Positions 1 to 9,049 are shown, counted from the first letter of the stretch. The stretch: DNA of 64,000 bases from Nitrospirota bacterium (GCA_963754875.1 CAVWHO010000008.1:32001-96000); one strand, 5' to 3'. The notes: generated by a model not told the origin, from the sequence alone. Made by a program: numbers and translations.

Positions 1-1085
1 GCAGCGCCGCTCCATGCAACAGTTGCAGATCAAGCTTGCGATCCGACCCCTGGCGACTCAGAAACTTCAGCGTTCGTTTGAACATGGCATTGCCGGTCGC
101 CTTGGTCGGCAAGGCGACGTATAAACCGCGATGCCCGAACCGACGTTGTAATTCCAGATGCGCAAAGAAAGCCGCCTCGGTCTTGCCCTCGCCCATCGGA
201 GCTTCCACGAGAAAAATGGATGGCGACTTCACGTCGTGGAGAGCATCGGCAACTGCCCGTTGCAAAGGGCGAGGAGAAAATTCGAATACCTGATCAAATG
301 ACTTTGATTCAGGTGCAAGCGGCGTTCTGAAACCCCAGCCAATTGCGTCCAACGCCTTTTCGGCCTGGCTTCTGCGCTTACTGAACCATGCCTCCAAATC
401 TTCACAGTCTTCCGGCGTGCCGAATGGGAACCAGACTTCATTTGAACCAATCCAATCGGCAAAGCTCGTAATGCCTGCCAATAACATAAATTCTGGACCG
501 GAAAGAGTCTGCTTGTCTGCTACCTTTGAAGGTTTAAAAACAACCAACAACGCTTCCATGAGACCTCGTCGCGCTTTCTCCCAATCATATCGCACAGCCT
601 CTAGTCGTTCGCCTCTTCCAACGTATATTTCCTGAATTGCTTTGTCTTTCGCATGTTCGCTTGCCCGCTCCCCGTGATGGCACCCTACTGCGTCACCAGC
701 CAACTCCGCCAGTTCCTCCGGCCACTTTCGTTCCTTTAAGAACTCTATCAGCGCTATCTGGCTTACGAAAGCATGGTTAATGCCGTCATTCGGATTGCGC
801 GGCATTCGCAGCCCAGTCTCTGGAGCCTCCGGCCATTTGCACTGAAAGCCCGGACAGGCCTTTCCAAGATCGTGGCAAGCCATCAAAAACAAGAGCCATG
901 GTCGGGCATTCTACCCAATCCGTTCCCAGGCATTCAGCCAATCTCATGCGCGTGACTTCCGGTTCGCGTGATAAAATTGCGTCTGCGCCTGTGGCTACAT
1001 CCAGCATGTGAAGAATAAGGGGATGCCATGCTGATTTAGCATTTTTTGAGGTTTTCGCCCAAAGATATTTCAACTCGGGATCCAA
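1..1085 (-). CDS. cas3: CRISPR-associated helicase/nuclease Cas3, type I-E-like (5' part; runs off window; apparent +1 frameshift near 910-915)
   Basis: N-terminus YLWAKT...[11 protein letters not shown]. After the frameshift the frame gives the HD motif ACHDLGK, GCHHG, FADWIGS, Walker [24 protein letters not shown] and LQLLHG. Confidence 0.92.
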
Positions 1086-1134
1086 TGCTGTTCTTCTCCG
1101 CCTTTCCCCAATACCGGCAATAGCTTTCGTTCAT
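1036..1134 (-). pseudogene. 32-aa ORF resembling the N-terminal stub of a second cas3 (MNESYCRYWGKAEK...)
   Basis: ATG at 1134 with GGAG upstream. YWGKA matches the usual start of type I-E Cas3 HD domains. It overlaps the main cas3 start in another frame. Confidence 0.5.
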
Positions 1135-1169
1135 AGAAACTCCGTAAGATTAATCGTTCAAACGGTTTA

Positions 1170-3169
1170 GTAGGGTCGAGGACAGGCGCGCCGGTTTAGG
1201 TTGATGTTTGTGTTCTCTGTTGTCTTGCCCTTTCGTTTGCAAGTGCCACAATATTTCAACCATTCCACGTTTCCAGTCCCCGCCACATCAAACACAGCAT
1301 GCGGGTTTCCCGCACTATGCTTTCCTTTTGGCTTCACCTCAAGGGTTATGTTGCCTATTTGCTGGCAGCGCTTTCGAGTCCATAGTACCTCACCTGGTAA
1401 TCGGCATAAAGCCCAAGGTTCTTGTACAACCAGACTCTACTCCACCTGTTCCAGCCAAAGCCCTTACATTTTCGGGCTCTCATAAGATGTCGCCGTATCT
1501 TTTTCTCTACCCAATCCTTGATGTAATGAAGGCACCTGCTGGAGTGACCTATCCGAAAGTAGTTAACCCAGCCGCGAAGCTTCGAGTTAATCAGCTCGAT
1601 CACACGGTGTACTGGCTGCGACACAAATCGCTGAAAGACCTCCTTGAGATTTCTTAGGAGATTTGTCCGCGCTTTCATTCGTGGTGTGATGAGGACTCCC
1701 CATTTCTTGCTCCGCGTCCTGACCCTCCGTATATCAAATCCCAGAAAGCTAAAGCTCTCTCCTTTCATCAGGTCTGCCAGACGGGTCTTTTCTTCATTGA
1801 TGCATACATCAAGTTTTGCCAACTCTTCAAGGAGTCGCCGATATGCTCTCTCTAATAACCAGTCCCAGCGCCGATACGCGTCTACTAGAATGACGAGGTC
1901 ATCTGCAAAACGGGCATACTCTATATAGGTATAGCCTGTCTTGCTCGTTGCCTCCTTCGCCCGCTCAAGCATCTTGTCTACCTCATTAAGATAGACATTT
2001 GCCATGAGAGGCGAGATAACCCCTCCCTGCGGTACGCCGCGCTTGCCACTGGCTTTTAGCATGAGGCTGAGCAGCCGCAGCACTCTGTCATCATCGACCC
2101 TTTTAGCTACTTTATCCAGCAATATGTCATGCCGAACAGTATCGAAGTACGCCTTAAGGTCAACATCGATGACTCGTGTCTTATTATGGACAACTGCTCT
2201 TGCAACCCGGTGCACCGCCTGATGTGCTGTCCGTTTCGGGCGATACCCGTATGACCCTTCTTGGAAGTCGGCTTCAAAAATCGGCTCAAGAATAAGTTTG
2301 AGCGCACCCTGCACTACTCGGTCTCGAATGGCCGGGATTCCCAAGATGCGCACTTTCCCATTGCCCTTGGGTATCTCTTTCCTTCGGTTCCACATAGGCA
2401 GGTACATCCCTGAGAGTAGTTCATTTCGTATGCTGTCGAGGAACTCTTCCAGACCGTTTTCTTCAATGGCCTCAAACGTGACGCCATCAATTCCCGGCGC
2501 CCCGTTATTTCGTTTAGCCATGTAGTAGGCAAGCCTGATTGTCTCGGTCTTGCACACGTGAATGTACAACCCCCAAAAACGATGTTGCTTATCGGCTTTC
2601 GCCTTGACGTAGATCCTCCGTCTCAGGTCATGCAGATTAATAGATGTCTTCGTCATCCCATCCCTGCCTTCCAATGTTGCTGGAGGACTGTCAAAAGTAG
2701 GGCCTCTTGGCTCCACAGGCATTACCCTGCTTCATCGCTACTGCCGCCCATCCGCCACCCTTCCGCCTTCAGTCCATTTCCCAGTATCTCTGGTTATAGA
2801 ACCTACCTTTCTCCAGCGATTTCTCGTTGGGGCGATGAGGGCTTCTCCAGTTGCTCGGTGTGTCCTTGCTGCCATGCCGCCGTTATCACCCCGCTGAAGT
2901 GGAGTAACCGTTTCAGTCAGTTTTCGATTATCCATGCTGCCTTCACTCTACGGTTGAGAGCTCGGCCTTCAGGGCTTCGATCTTTCGGGGCCACCTCTAC
3001 GTTCGCTTTCGCTGCGGCCTGGCAACTCGTTGTCATCCTTTAGATGATTGTGTTGATGGGCTTCAGGATGTCGGTTTCCCTCTACCCTGCCATCCTAACT
3101 ACATGGCCTCTAACTCTTGCCAAGGCAGGACTAGCTCCTGCTGAACACACCAGCCTTCGCTGGACGCAC
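1170..3169 (-). mobile_element. Group II intron, apparently full length (~2.0 kb)
   Basis: 5' end GTGCG at 3169. Domain V-like GAAAGCATAGTGCGGGAAACCCGCATGCTGTGTTTGAT at ~1287-1326. 3' end ...CTCGACCCTAC at 1170. Internal RT/maturase ORF. EBS1 loop AACCGT (2950-2955) is complementary to the last 6 nt of the 5' exon. Confidence 0.92.
1355..2656 (-). CDS. ltrA: Group II intron reverse transcriptase/maturase, no C-terminal HNH endonuclease
   Basis: GAPGIDG, RILGIPAIRDRVVQ, SYGYRP, DVDLKAYFDTV, PQGGVISP, YARFADD, FLGF and maturase LRGWVNYF. Likely start is MTKTSINL at 2656. Confidence 0.96.
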   Translation of the reverse strand: MTKTSINLHDLRRRIYVKAKADKQHRFWGLYIHVCKTETIRLAYYMAKRNNGAPGIDGVTFEAIEENGLEEFLDSIRNELLSGMYLPMWNRRKEIPKGNGKVRILGIPAIRDRVVQGALKLILEPIFEADFQEGSYGYRPKRTAHQAVHRVARAVVHNKTRVIDVDLKAYFDTVRHDILLDKVAKRVDDDRVLRLLSLMLKASGKRGVPQGGVISPLMANVYLNEVDKMLERAKEATSKTGYTYIEYARFADDLVILVDAYRRWDWLLERAYRRLLEELAKLDVCINEEKTRLADLMKGESFSFLGFDIRRVRTRSKKWGVLITPRMKARTNLLRNLKEVFQRFVSQPVHRVIELINSKLRGWVNYFRIGHSSRCLHYIKDWVEKKIRRHLMRARKCKGFGWNRWSRVWLYKNLGLYADYQVRYYGLESAASK

Positions 3170-3412
3170 AACCGTGCGATCCGTTTAAGCCGGGGAATAA
3201 CAATCAAACCGTTCAAACCGATACCGTCCTTTAAACCGATAAAACCGTTCAAGCCCTGTGAACCGATCGTTCAAACTGTTTCAAGTGAAAGGACGCTGTA
3301 ATCCGTGAATTCAAAAAACCGGTCCAAGTCGTGTGGGCTGACCATTCAAACAGCTTAGCTGTATCAGACGTTCAAGAATCTGTTCTAACCGTTTAAACCG
3401 ATTAAACCGTTT
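3170..3412. repeat. Degenerate ~9-nt tandem repeats (consensus AAACCGTTT/C), downstream flank of the four-helix-bundle gene
   Basis: e.g. aaaccgttc aaaccgata ... aaaccgata aaaccgttc; taaccgttt aaaccgatt aaaccgttt. The array continues at 1155-1169 on the other side of the intron. Confidence 0.85.
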
Positions 3413-3866
3413 AAGCTTTCTTTTGCCCATCAATCTTCAACTCCCTCATTATCTCCTCCATCTCCTCTTTCATGCTTTTCTGCTGCGGCCTTTTGTACTT
3501 TGCACCCTTGTACGGACTGGCCTTGAGAGATTCCATGAAGTTGTTCAGCATGATCGAAAGCTTCTTGAAAGCGTCGATCAGTCTGTCGCATTCCTCGGCG
3601 GTAATATAGCCCTGATCGCGGACGACATAGAGCTGACAGCGTACTTCGCCGCAAGACCCTTTGGAGATCGAGAGAAATTGGATGAACTCCTGGTTCCCGC
3701 CGCGTTCGTAGCCTTCGGCTATGTTGGACATCACGGAAACCGCGGCTCTTCGTATCTGGCTTTTCAGATCGAAATCTTTCGAGAACCGGCCGTCGGTGCT
3801 TACTGCATATATTCTGTTTGTAAGCACACGGGCAAGCTTCCATACCTCCAAGTCTTCGAAGTACAT
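3411..3866 (-). CDS. Four helix bundle protein (TIGR02436 / 23S rRNA IVS protein family, Avd-like fold)
   Basis: FEDLEVWK...[22 protein letters not shown]...[19 protein letters not shown]; strong AGGAGG RBS. Confidence 0.93.
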   Translation of the reverse strand: MYFEDLEVWKLARVLTNRIYAVSTDGRFSKDFDLKSQIRRAAVSVMSNIAEGYERGGNQEFIQFLSISKGSCGEVRCQLYVVRDQGYITAEECDRLIDAFKKLSIMLNNFMESLKASPYKGAKYKRPQQKSMKEEMEEIMRELKIDGQKKA

Positions 3867-3885
3867 GTCTCCTCCTTAAAAGACA

Positions 3886-4082
3886 GTTCAATCCGCTCAA
3901 ACCGTTTAAACTGTTTAAACCGTTTGAACCCGAGAAGCGCCGGTTATGCCGTGCAAACAGTTTCAGCCGTTTTAGCCGCTGCAACCGTTTGATCCGCTTG
4001 AACCGTTGAAACCGTTTAAGCCGATCCGTTGAAACCGCTTAAACCGCTTAAACCGTTGCAACCGTTTACACTGTTTGAACGG
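3886..4082. repeat. Degenerate ~9-nt tandem repeats (AAACCGTTT), upstream flank of the four-helix-bundle gene
   Basis: aaaccgttt aaactgttt aaaccgttt ... gaaccgttg aaaccgttt ... aaaccgctt aaaccgctt aaaccgttg caaccgttt. Confidence 0.9.
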
Positions 4083-4613
4083 TCATTTCAGTAACTCCAT
4101 CCACACCCTCAACTCCATCCACACCCTCGCAGTCATCCTGGCATCATCCAGCGCCCGGTGAAGAGTGGCTCCATCGGGCAAAGCGCCGAACAGATGCCGG
4201 TAAATCGTTTCCAGCCTGTGGTCCCGTAGTTTCGGATAGCGCCTCCGGCACAGGGCAAGCGTACAGTGATAGGGATTGTTGAAGCCCAGGCCGAGACGGC
4301 TGAACTCGTAGCGCAGGAACGTCACGTCGAAACTCGCGTTGTGGGCCACAAGGGCGCTGTCCTTGATGAAATGATGAAAATCATGAAAAACGGATTCGGG
4401 CTTGGGCCGGCCTTCGAGCATATCATCCGTGATGCCGTGGACCTTTCGTGCGCCGCACGTAATTCGGATTTCCGGGTTAATGAGGGAATGGAATTCGTCA
4501 GCGGTGTGGGCGTCTTCGACGGCTACCGCGCCGAGCTCGATGATCCTGCCTCCGCGGGACGCGGAGAGGCCGGTCGTTTCAACGTCGAAGATTACATATT
4601 TCTGCTTCGTCAA
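4083..4613 (-). CDS. DEDDh 3'-5' exonuclease (DnaQ / DNA Pol III epsilon-like)
   Basis: ExoI FDVETTG, ExoII VAHNASFD, ExoIII HRALDDA. Confidence 0.92.
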   Translation of the reverse strand: MTKQKYVIFDVETTGLSASRGGRIIELGAVAVEDAHTADEFHSLINPEIRITCGARKVHGITDDMLEGRPKPESVFHDFHHFIKDSALVAHNASFDVTFLRYEFSRLGLGFNNPYHCTLALCRRRYPKLRDHRLETIYRHLFGALPDGATLHRALDDARMTARVWMELRVWMELLK

Positions 4614-4779
4614 GGCAAGCGCCTCATCTGTGAGACATTCTCAAGTGTAGTGAACTTGCTTTTGCTGGCAGGATATAAAAAAACGCTATCACAAAGGAGG
4701 GTGAAGATCAATACCCCGGAAATACCCCTCCTGGGGCAAAATAGAAATGGCTAATTTTTATGCAGTTGCGGTCAAGACT

Positions 4780-5385
4780 TTAGTTATAAGCGGATTTGTC
4801 GCCGATATCGTTGGCGATAGGCATGAATACTTTTCGCAGCGTAAAGATGACAAGCATGACGGCGATCAGGATAAGGCCATAAGACGCGCCTCGTCCCGTA
4901 AGACTGTTGTTCGAAACCAGCAGCAGGTAGATCGGCATGATCATGGCAAGAAGATAGCCCTCGAAGAGCTTGAAGCAGAATGCTTCCTTCGCGGTCACGA
5001 GCCCCAGGCATCCGGAAAGCGGGAGCAGGAGCAGCGGGGTGTAAGATCCATGGACCAGCACGCCCGCAAGGGACCCCTTGCCGAGGTAAAGCAGCACGAC
5101 AAGACAGACAAGGCTGAGGTAGTACAAATTTTTCAGAAATCCCTTGATCTTGCCGATATAAAGATGAATGAAGAACACGCTCATGCCAACGGACGCATAA
5201 AGACCATAGATAAGGATATCTGCTGACCGGTCCATGAGCATCGTTTCGGTAGTTGAAGATGCCGTCGCCAGCAAAAACGCCAGACCGGCAATGAGAATTG
5301 CGGATATCACGATACCGACACGGTAGAGCGCAACCGTTATTTTATCTTCTCTGGTAAGGGGCTGGAATACCTGCGTAGAACCCAT
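4780..5385 (-). CDS. DUF2301-like integral membrane protein
   Basis: Several TM segments; KEAFCF and C-terminal DIGDKSAY motifs. Confidence 0.75.
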   Translation of the reverse strand: MGSTQVFQPLTREDKITVALYRVGIVISAILIAGLAFLLATASSTTETMLMDRSADILIYGLYASVGMSVFFIHLYIGKIKGFLKNLYYLSLVCLVVLLYLGKGSLAGVLVHGSYTPLLLLPLSGCLGLVTAKEAFCFKLFEGYLLAMIMPIYLLLVSNNSLTGRGASYGLILIAVMLVIFTLRKVFMPIANDIGDKSAYN

Positions 5386-5453
5386 TGATCATTTTCTCCA
5401 TTCAGAACTTTTTCTTCGACTTCCCGTTTGGAAGTCGCAACGCGATACCGAGG

Positions 5454-5645
5454 TCACCCTTTTCTCACTTTTTTCCAGAAAGCCAGGTCGCTCATCATGA
5501 GCCCCAGAAGTTCACGGGGCGTCATTTCCGAGGTTTCCTTACACCTACAGGCATCGTCATTAACTGCACCCGTTTGCTTTTCTGCCGTTGTTCTCTCTTT
5601 CCCCGGACGGCCCGGATCATCGGTTTTGTGGTAACGGGTAATCAT
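5454..5645 (-). CDS. Small hypothetical protein (63 aa)
   Basis: GAGGAG RBS before the ATG; co-oriented with the DUF2301 gene. Confidence 0.5.
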   Translation of the reverse strand: MITRYHKTDDPGRPGKERTTAEKQTGAVNDDACRCKETSEMTPRELLGLMMSDLAFWKKVRKG

Positions 5646-5702
5646 TCTGTGCTCCTCTGCTCTTATTCTACATCATCTGAGAAAAATATGCCACCTGACA
5701 TC

Positions 5703-5731
5703 TTGACATGGACCATTGCAGCCATTATTAT
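5703..5731 (+). promoter_or_regulatory. Sigma70-type promoter for the YkuD-Mur ligase fusion
   Basis: TTGACA (5703-5708), 17 bp, TATTAT (5726-5731). Confidence 0.65.
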
Positions 5732-5785
5732 GTTGTTGGTAGTAACGTTACTCTACTCTGCAATAATGAAAGCAGCGTCTCTTTT

Positions 5786-7696
5786 ATGGAAACAGCTCGA
5801 TTACGTAGTATTTACCAAAAAATACGCAAGTCCTTAAACGACCCGAGAGATCCTTTTCTCGTGGTGTCCATTGAAACACAAACGCTCCTCGTCTGCAAGA
5901 ACGACGCTATTGTGGAGCGGTATAACGCATCGACCTCCCGTTTCGGCAACGGCAACCGGGAGAACTCGCTCAAAACACCGCTCGGTGTTCACCGGATCAG
6001 GGAGAAGTTCGGAAGCGACGCGCCGGCGGGACGCATTTTCCGTGACCGCGAGGACACGGGCGAAGACTGGGACCACAGCAAGACAGGAGACAATCTGATC
6101 CTGACCCGCATTCTGAGGCTCGAAGGTCTTGAGGAAGGGATCAATAAGGGCGAGGGAGTAGATTCCTATGAGCGCTACATCTATATCCACGGCACCGGCC
6201 GGGAGGACCTGATCGGCACTCCCCTGTCGCACGGATGCGTGTGCCTGCGCAATCACGACATCGTTCGTTTGTATGAATTGGTCACCGAAGGCACACTCGT
6301 GTACATCGATCCTCCAGCCATTGTCATCAACGAACGCCGATGCCGCAGCATCCATTTTACGGGCATTTTCGGCAGCGGCATGAGCGCGCTCGCACAATAC
6401 CTGCGCTTTCAGGGGATAATAGTCTCGGGTTCAGATCGTTTCCATGCAAGTGCGGATACCGCCTCCGTCCGGCGATCGCTTGAAGGGCTCGGGTGTGGCA
6501 TCGTCCCTCAGGACGGTTCAGGTGTCACTGGTGATACTGACGTCGTCTGCGTCTCGACCGCAATCGAAGACTCGAATCCCGACATCGCTGCCGGCCGCAG
6601 CCGCGGGATTCCTATCATCCATCGCTCCGATCTGCTGAGCGCCCTCATCGCCGCAAAAAGAACAATAGCAGTCGCCGGCACAAGCGGTAAATCGACGGTG
6701 ACAGCGATGATCTTTGAATTTCTGACCGCTTGCGGGAAATCGCCCTCCCTCATAAGCGGTGCTGCCCTGCGCAGACTCGAAAAGCAGGGGCTTATCGGCA
6801 ATGCCTATAGCGGCGGGTCCGATCTCCTTGTGGTCGAGGCGGACGAAAGCGATGGAACGCTGGTCAAATATTATCCCCAGGCCGCGGTCATTCTGAATGT
6901 GTCCAAGGACCACAAGACCACTGAGGAGATAGCAAAACTCTTCGAAATACTGGCGGCACAATCTCCCTGGACGGTTTCCAATGCCGACGATCCAATCCTT
7001 GCTTCCCTTCCCGCGACCGTGCGCTTCGGCCGAAACGGTTCGTCCTCGTGGCGGCCGGACCGGGAAGAACTCCTGCCGGCTTCAGTGAAGCTTTTCAAAA
7101 ACAGCACTGAATATCATCTGCCGCTGCCGGGTGAACACAATCTGGAAAACCTGCGCGCTGCGATTTGCGTGTGCGAGCATTTCGGCTGCGAGCAAACAGC
7201 GCTTGCCGAAGCGGTAAAAAAATACGAGGGTGTGGCCCGGCGTTTTTCCGTGACCACGACAAGGCAGAACGTGCACGTGGTCGACGACTTTGCCCATAAT
7301 CCGGCAAAGATAGCCGCCGTTATTCGCGCTGCGCGGGGCCTTTCCAGCCGCGTCATTGCCGTGTACCAGCCGCACGGGTTCGGTCCGACACGGTTCTTAA
7401 AGGAAGAATACATCGCGACGTTCCGGACTGGCTTCCTCCCGAATGATTCCCTGTATCTTTTGCCGATCTATTATGCCGGGGGCACGGCGCAAAAAAATAT
7501 TTCCTCGGACGATATCATAGGTGGTCTTGGTCCCGTACCCTTCAATGCACAAGCGCTCAACGATCGCGATGAGTTGTTGCTCCGATTAAAAGCCGATGCA
7601 AAACCGGGAGACTGCGTTCTTGTCATGGGCGCGCGGGACCCGTCGCTGCCGGCGCTTGTAAAAAAGGTTGTGGAGCTGTTGGGCGGAGAAAGCTGA
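5786..7696 (+). CDS. Fusion: YkuD (ElsL-like L,D-peptidase) domain + MurC/Mpl-like Mur ligase
   Basis: N-terminal TPLGVH...RYIYIHGT...SHGCVCL (YkuD His/Cys motif). C-terminal IHFTGIFGSGMSALA, AVAGTSGKSTVT, VEADESDG, DDFAHNP, YQPH. One continuous frame; likely start METARL. Confidence 0.88.
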   Translation: METARLRSIYQKIRKSLNDPRDPFLVVSIETQTLLVCKNDAIVERYNASTSRFGNGNRENSLKTPLGVHRIREKFGSDAPAGRIFRDREDTGEDWDHSKTGDNLILTRILRLEGLEEGINKGEGVDSYERYIYIHGTGREDLIGTPLSHGCVCLRNHDIVRLYELVTEGTLVYIDPPAIVINERRCRSIHFTGIFGSGMSALAQYLRFQGIIVSGSDRFHASADTASVRRSLEGLGCGIVPQDGSGVTGDTDVVCVSTAIEDSNPDIAAGRSRGIPIIHRSDLLSALIAAKRTIAVAGTSGKSTVTAMIFEFLTACGKSPSLISGAALRRLEKQGLIGNAYSGGSDLLVVEADESDGTLVKYYPQAAVILNVSKDHKTTEEIAKLFEILAAQSPWTVSNADDPILASLPATVRFGRNGSSSWRPDREELLPASVKLFKNSTEYHLPLPGEHNLENLRAAICVCEHFGCEQTALAEAVKKYEGVARRFSVTTTRQNVHVVDDFAHNPAKIAAVIRAARGLSSRVIAVYQPHGFGPTRFLKEEYIATFRTGFLPNDSLYLLPIYYAGGTAQKNISSDDIIGGLGPVPFNAQALNDRDELLLRLKADAKPGDCVLVMGARDPSLPALVKKVVELLGGES

Positions 7697-8002
7697 GCGT
7701 CCTGAAGAATTGCCGCGGAAAGCATCAGTGACCTGCACGCAATGAATTTTCACTACTTTCGTTTTATCGATTGTCTCGGATGCACCCGCCGACAACATTG
7801 ATTCGTGAATAAAAAATTTCCTTCTTGCCGGGAAAGCGGCTTCGCGCCGTTGCTTCACTCAATCTCCGCCCATTCAGCAATGAGTCCAAAGTATTTCATT
7901 GGTTTGTCAATCATCCGGTAGAATTTTGGATTTCGCAGAAAGATTATGCTAGAGTTTACCTAACAGTGCATTGTTTGTTTCGTCATCGAAGGAACCATTG
8001 CT

Positions 8003-9049
8003 ATGGACGACGTGACCCAAAGAACGATCGAAGTGATCAATAACGCAGCGGGGGAACAAAATCCCCCTGGCCCCTGCGAAGTGGGCGCTGCAGAGAAATC
8101 CGATGTCGAACTGCTGGATGCCTACTCCCGGGCGGTCATAACCGTGGTAGAGGCTGTCGGTCCTGCTGTCGTGAGCATCTCAACCGGGACGAGGTCGAAG
8201 AACGCTGAGCCCGAGACGGGCGGGGCCGGATCCGGGGTCATCATCGCGCCGGACGGCTATGTTCTGACGAACGATCATGTCGTGCACGGTTCGAAATCGC
8301 TGGCCGTGTCGCTGACGAACGGAACGACGCTCGCGGCAGTCATCGTGGGCACGGATCCTGCTTCCGATCTTGCCGTAATCCGCGCCGATTCCTCGAACCT
8401 GCCGTTCGCAACTCTCGGTGAATCCGCATCACTTCGAGTCGGGCAACTCGTGATCGCCATCGGCAATCCTTTCGGCTTCCAGTCCACCGTATCAACCGGC
8501 GTCGTAAGCGCTCTCGGCAGGGCGCTTCGGAGCAGGGAAGGACGGCCCATCGAAAACATCATCCAGCATACCGCCCCGCTGAATCCAGGCAATTCGGGAG
8601 GCCCGCTGGTGGATTCGCGCGGCAGGATTGTGGGACTGAATACGGCAATCATCATGGGTGCACAGGGAATCGGCTTCTCCATCCCTTCGGATACTGCAAA
8701 ATGGGTCGTTTCCCAGCTCCTCACCCTCGGCAGGGTGCGCCGGGGATATTTAGGCATTGCCGCGCAGCAACGACCGCTCAACCGGAGGACGGCGCGCTAT
8801 TTCAATCTGACGCTGACGTCTGTCGTGGAAGTCCTCTCGGTGACGCGAGGCGGCCCGGCCGCACAGGCTGGAATGAGGAAAGGCGACCTTATCGTGGCCA
8901 TGAACGGGACCGATATCACGACGGTGGACCTGCTCCAGAAATTTCTTTCAGACTGGCCCATCGGCAAACCGGTCAACGTGTCCGTGCTCCGTGTGCAGGA
9001 ACGTCTGGAGGTTGAGGTTACACCATCCGAGGCCGGGGCGCACGAATGA
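8003..9049 (+). CDS. HtrA/DegP-family trypsin-like serine protease with one PDZ domain
   Basis: GSGVII, LTNDHVV, DLAVIR, NPGNSGGPL, GYLGI PDZ; no obvious signal peptide. Confidence 0.92.
   Translation: MDDVTQRTIEVINNAAGEQNPPGPCEVGAAEKSDVELLDAYSRAVITVVEAVGPAVVSISTGTRSKNAEPETGGAGSGVIIAPDGYVLTNDHVVHGSKSLAVSLTNGTTLAAVIVGTDPASDLAVIRADSSNLPFATLGESASLRVGQLVIAIGNPFGFQSTVSTGVVSALGRALRSREGRPIENIIQHTAPLNPGNSGGPLVDSRGRIVGLNTAIIMGAQGIGFSIPSDTAKWVVSQLLTLGRVRRGYLGIAAQQRPLNRRTARYFNLTLTSVVEVLSVTRGGPAAQAGMRKGDLIVAMNGTDITTVDLLQKFLSDWPIGKPVNVSVLRVQERLEVEVTPSEAGAHE

Noticed and set aside
3044..3301. ORF with KPFKPI repeats (likewise the repetitive starts/ends of 3430-3984 and 3423-3992)
   Set aside because: These are translation by-products of the 9-nt arrays and overlap the intron or the real gene.
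1355..3866. Diversity-generating retroelement (RT next to an Avd-like gene)
   Set aside because: The RT is a group II maturase inside a complete intron with GTGCG start, domain V and ...AC end. I found no TR/VR pair with adenine-specific mismatches.
3170..4082. CRISPR array near cas3
   Set aside because: The units are ~9 nt, degenerate and have no unique spacers.
5688..5837. Hydrophobic mini-ORF MPPDILTWTIAAIIMLL...
   Set aside because: It overlaps the predicted promoter and the start of the fusion gene, and has no clear RBS.
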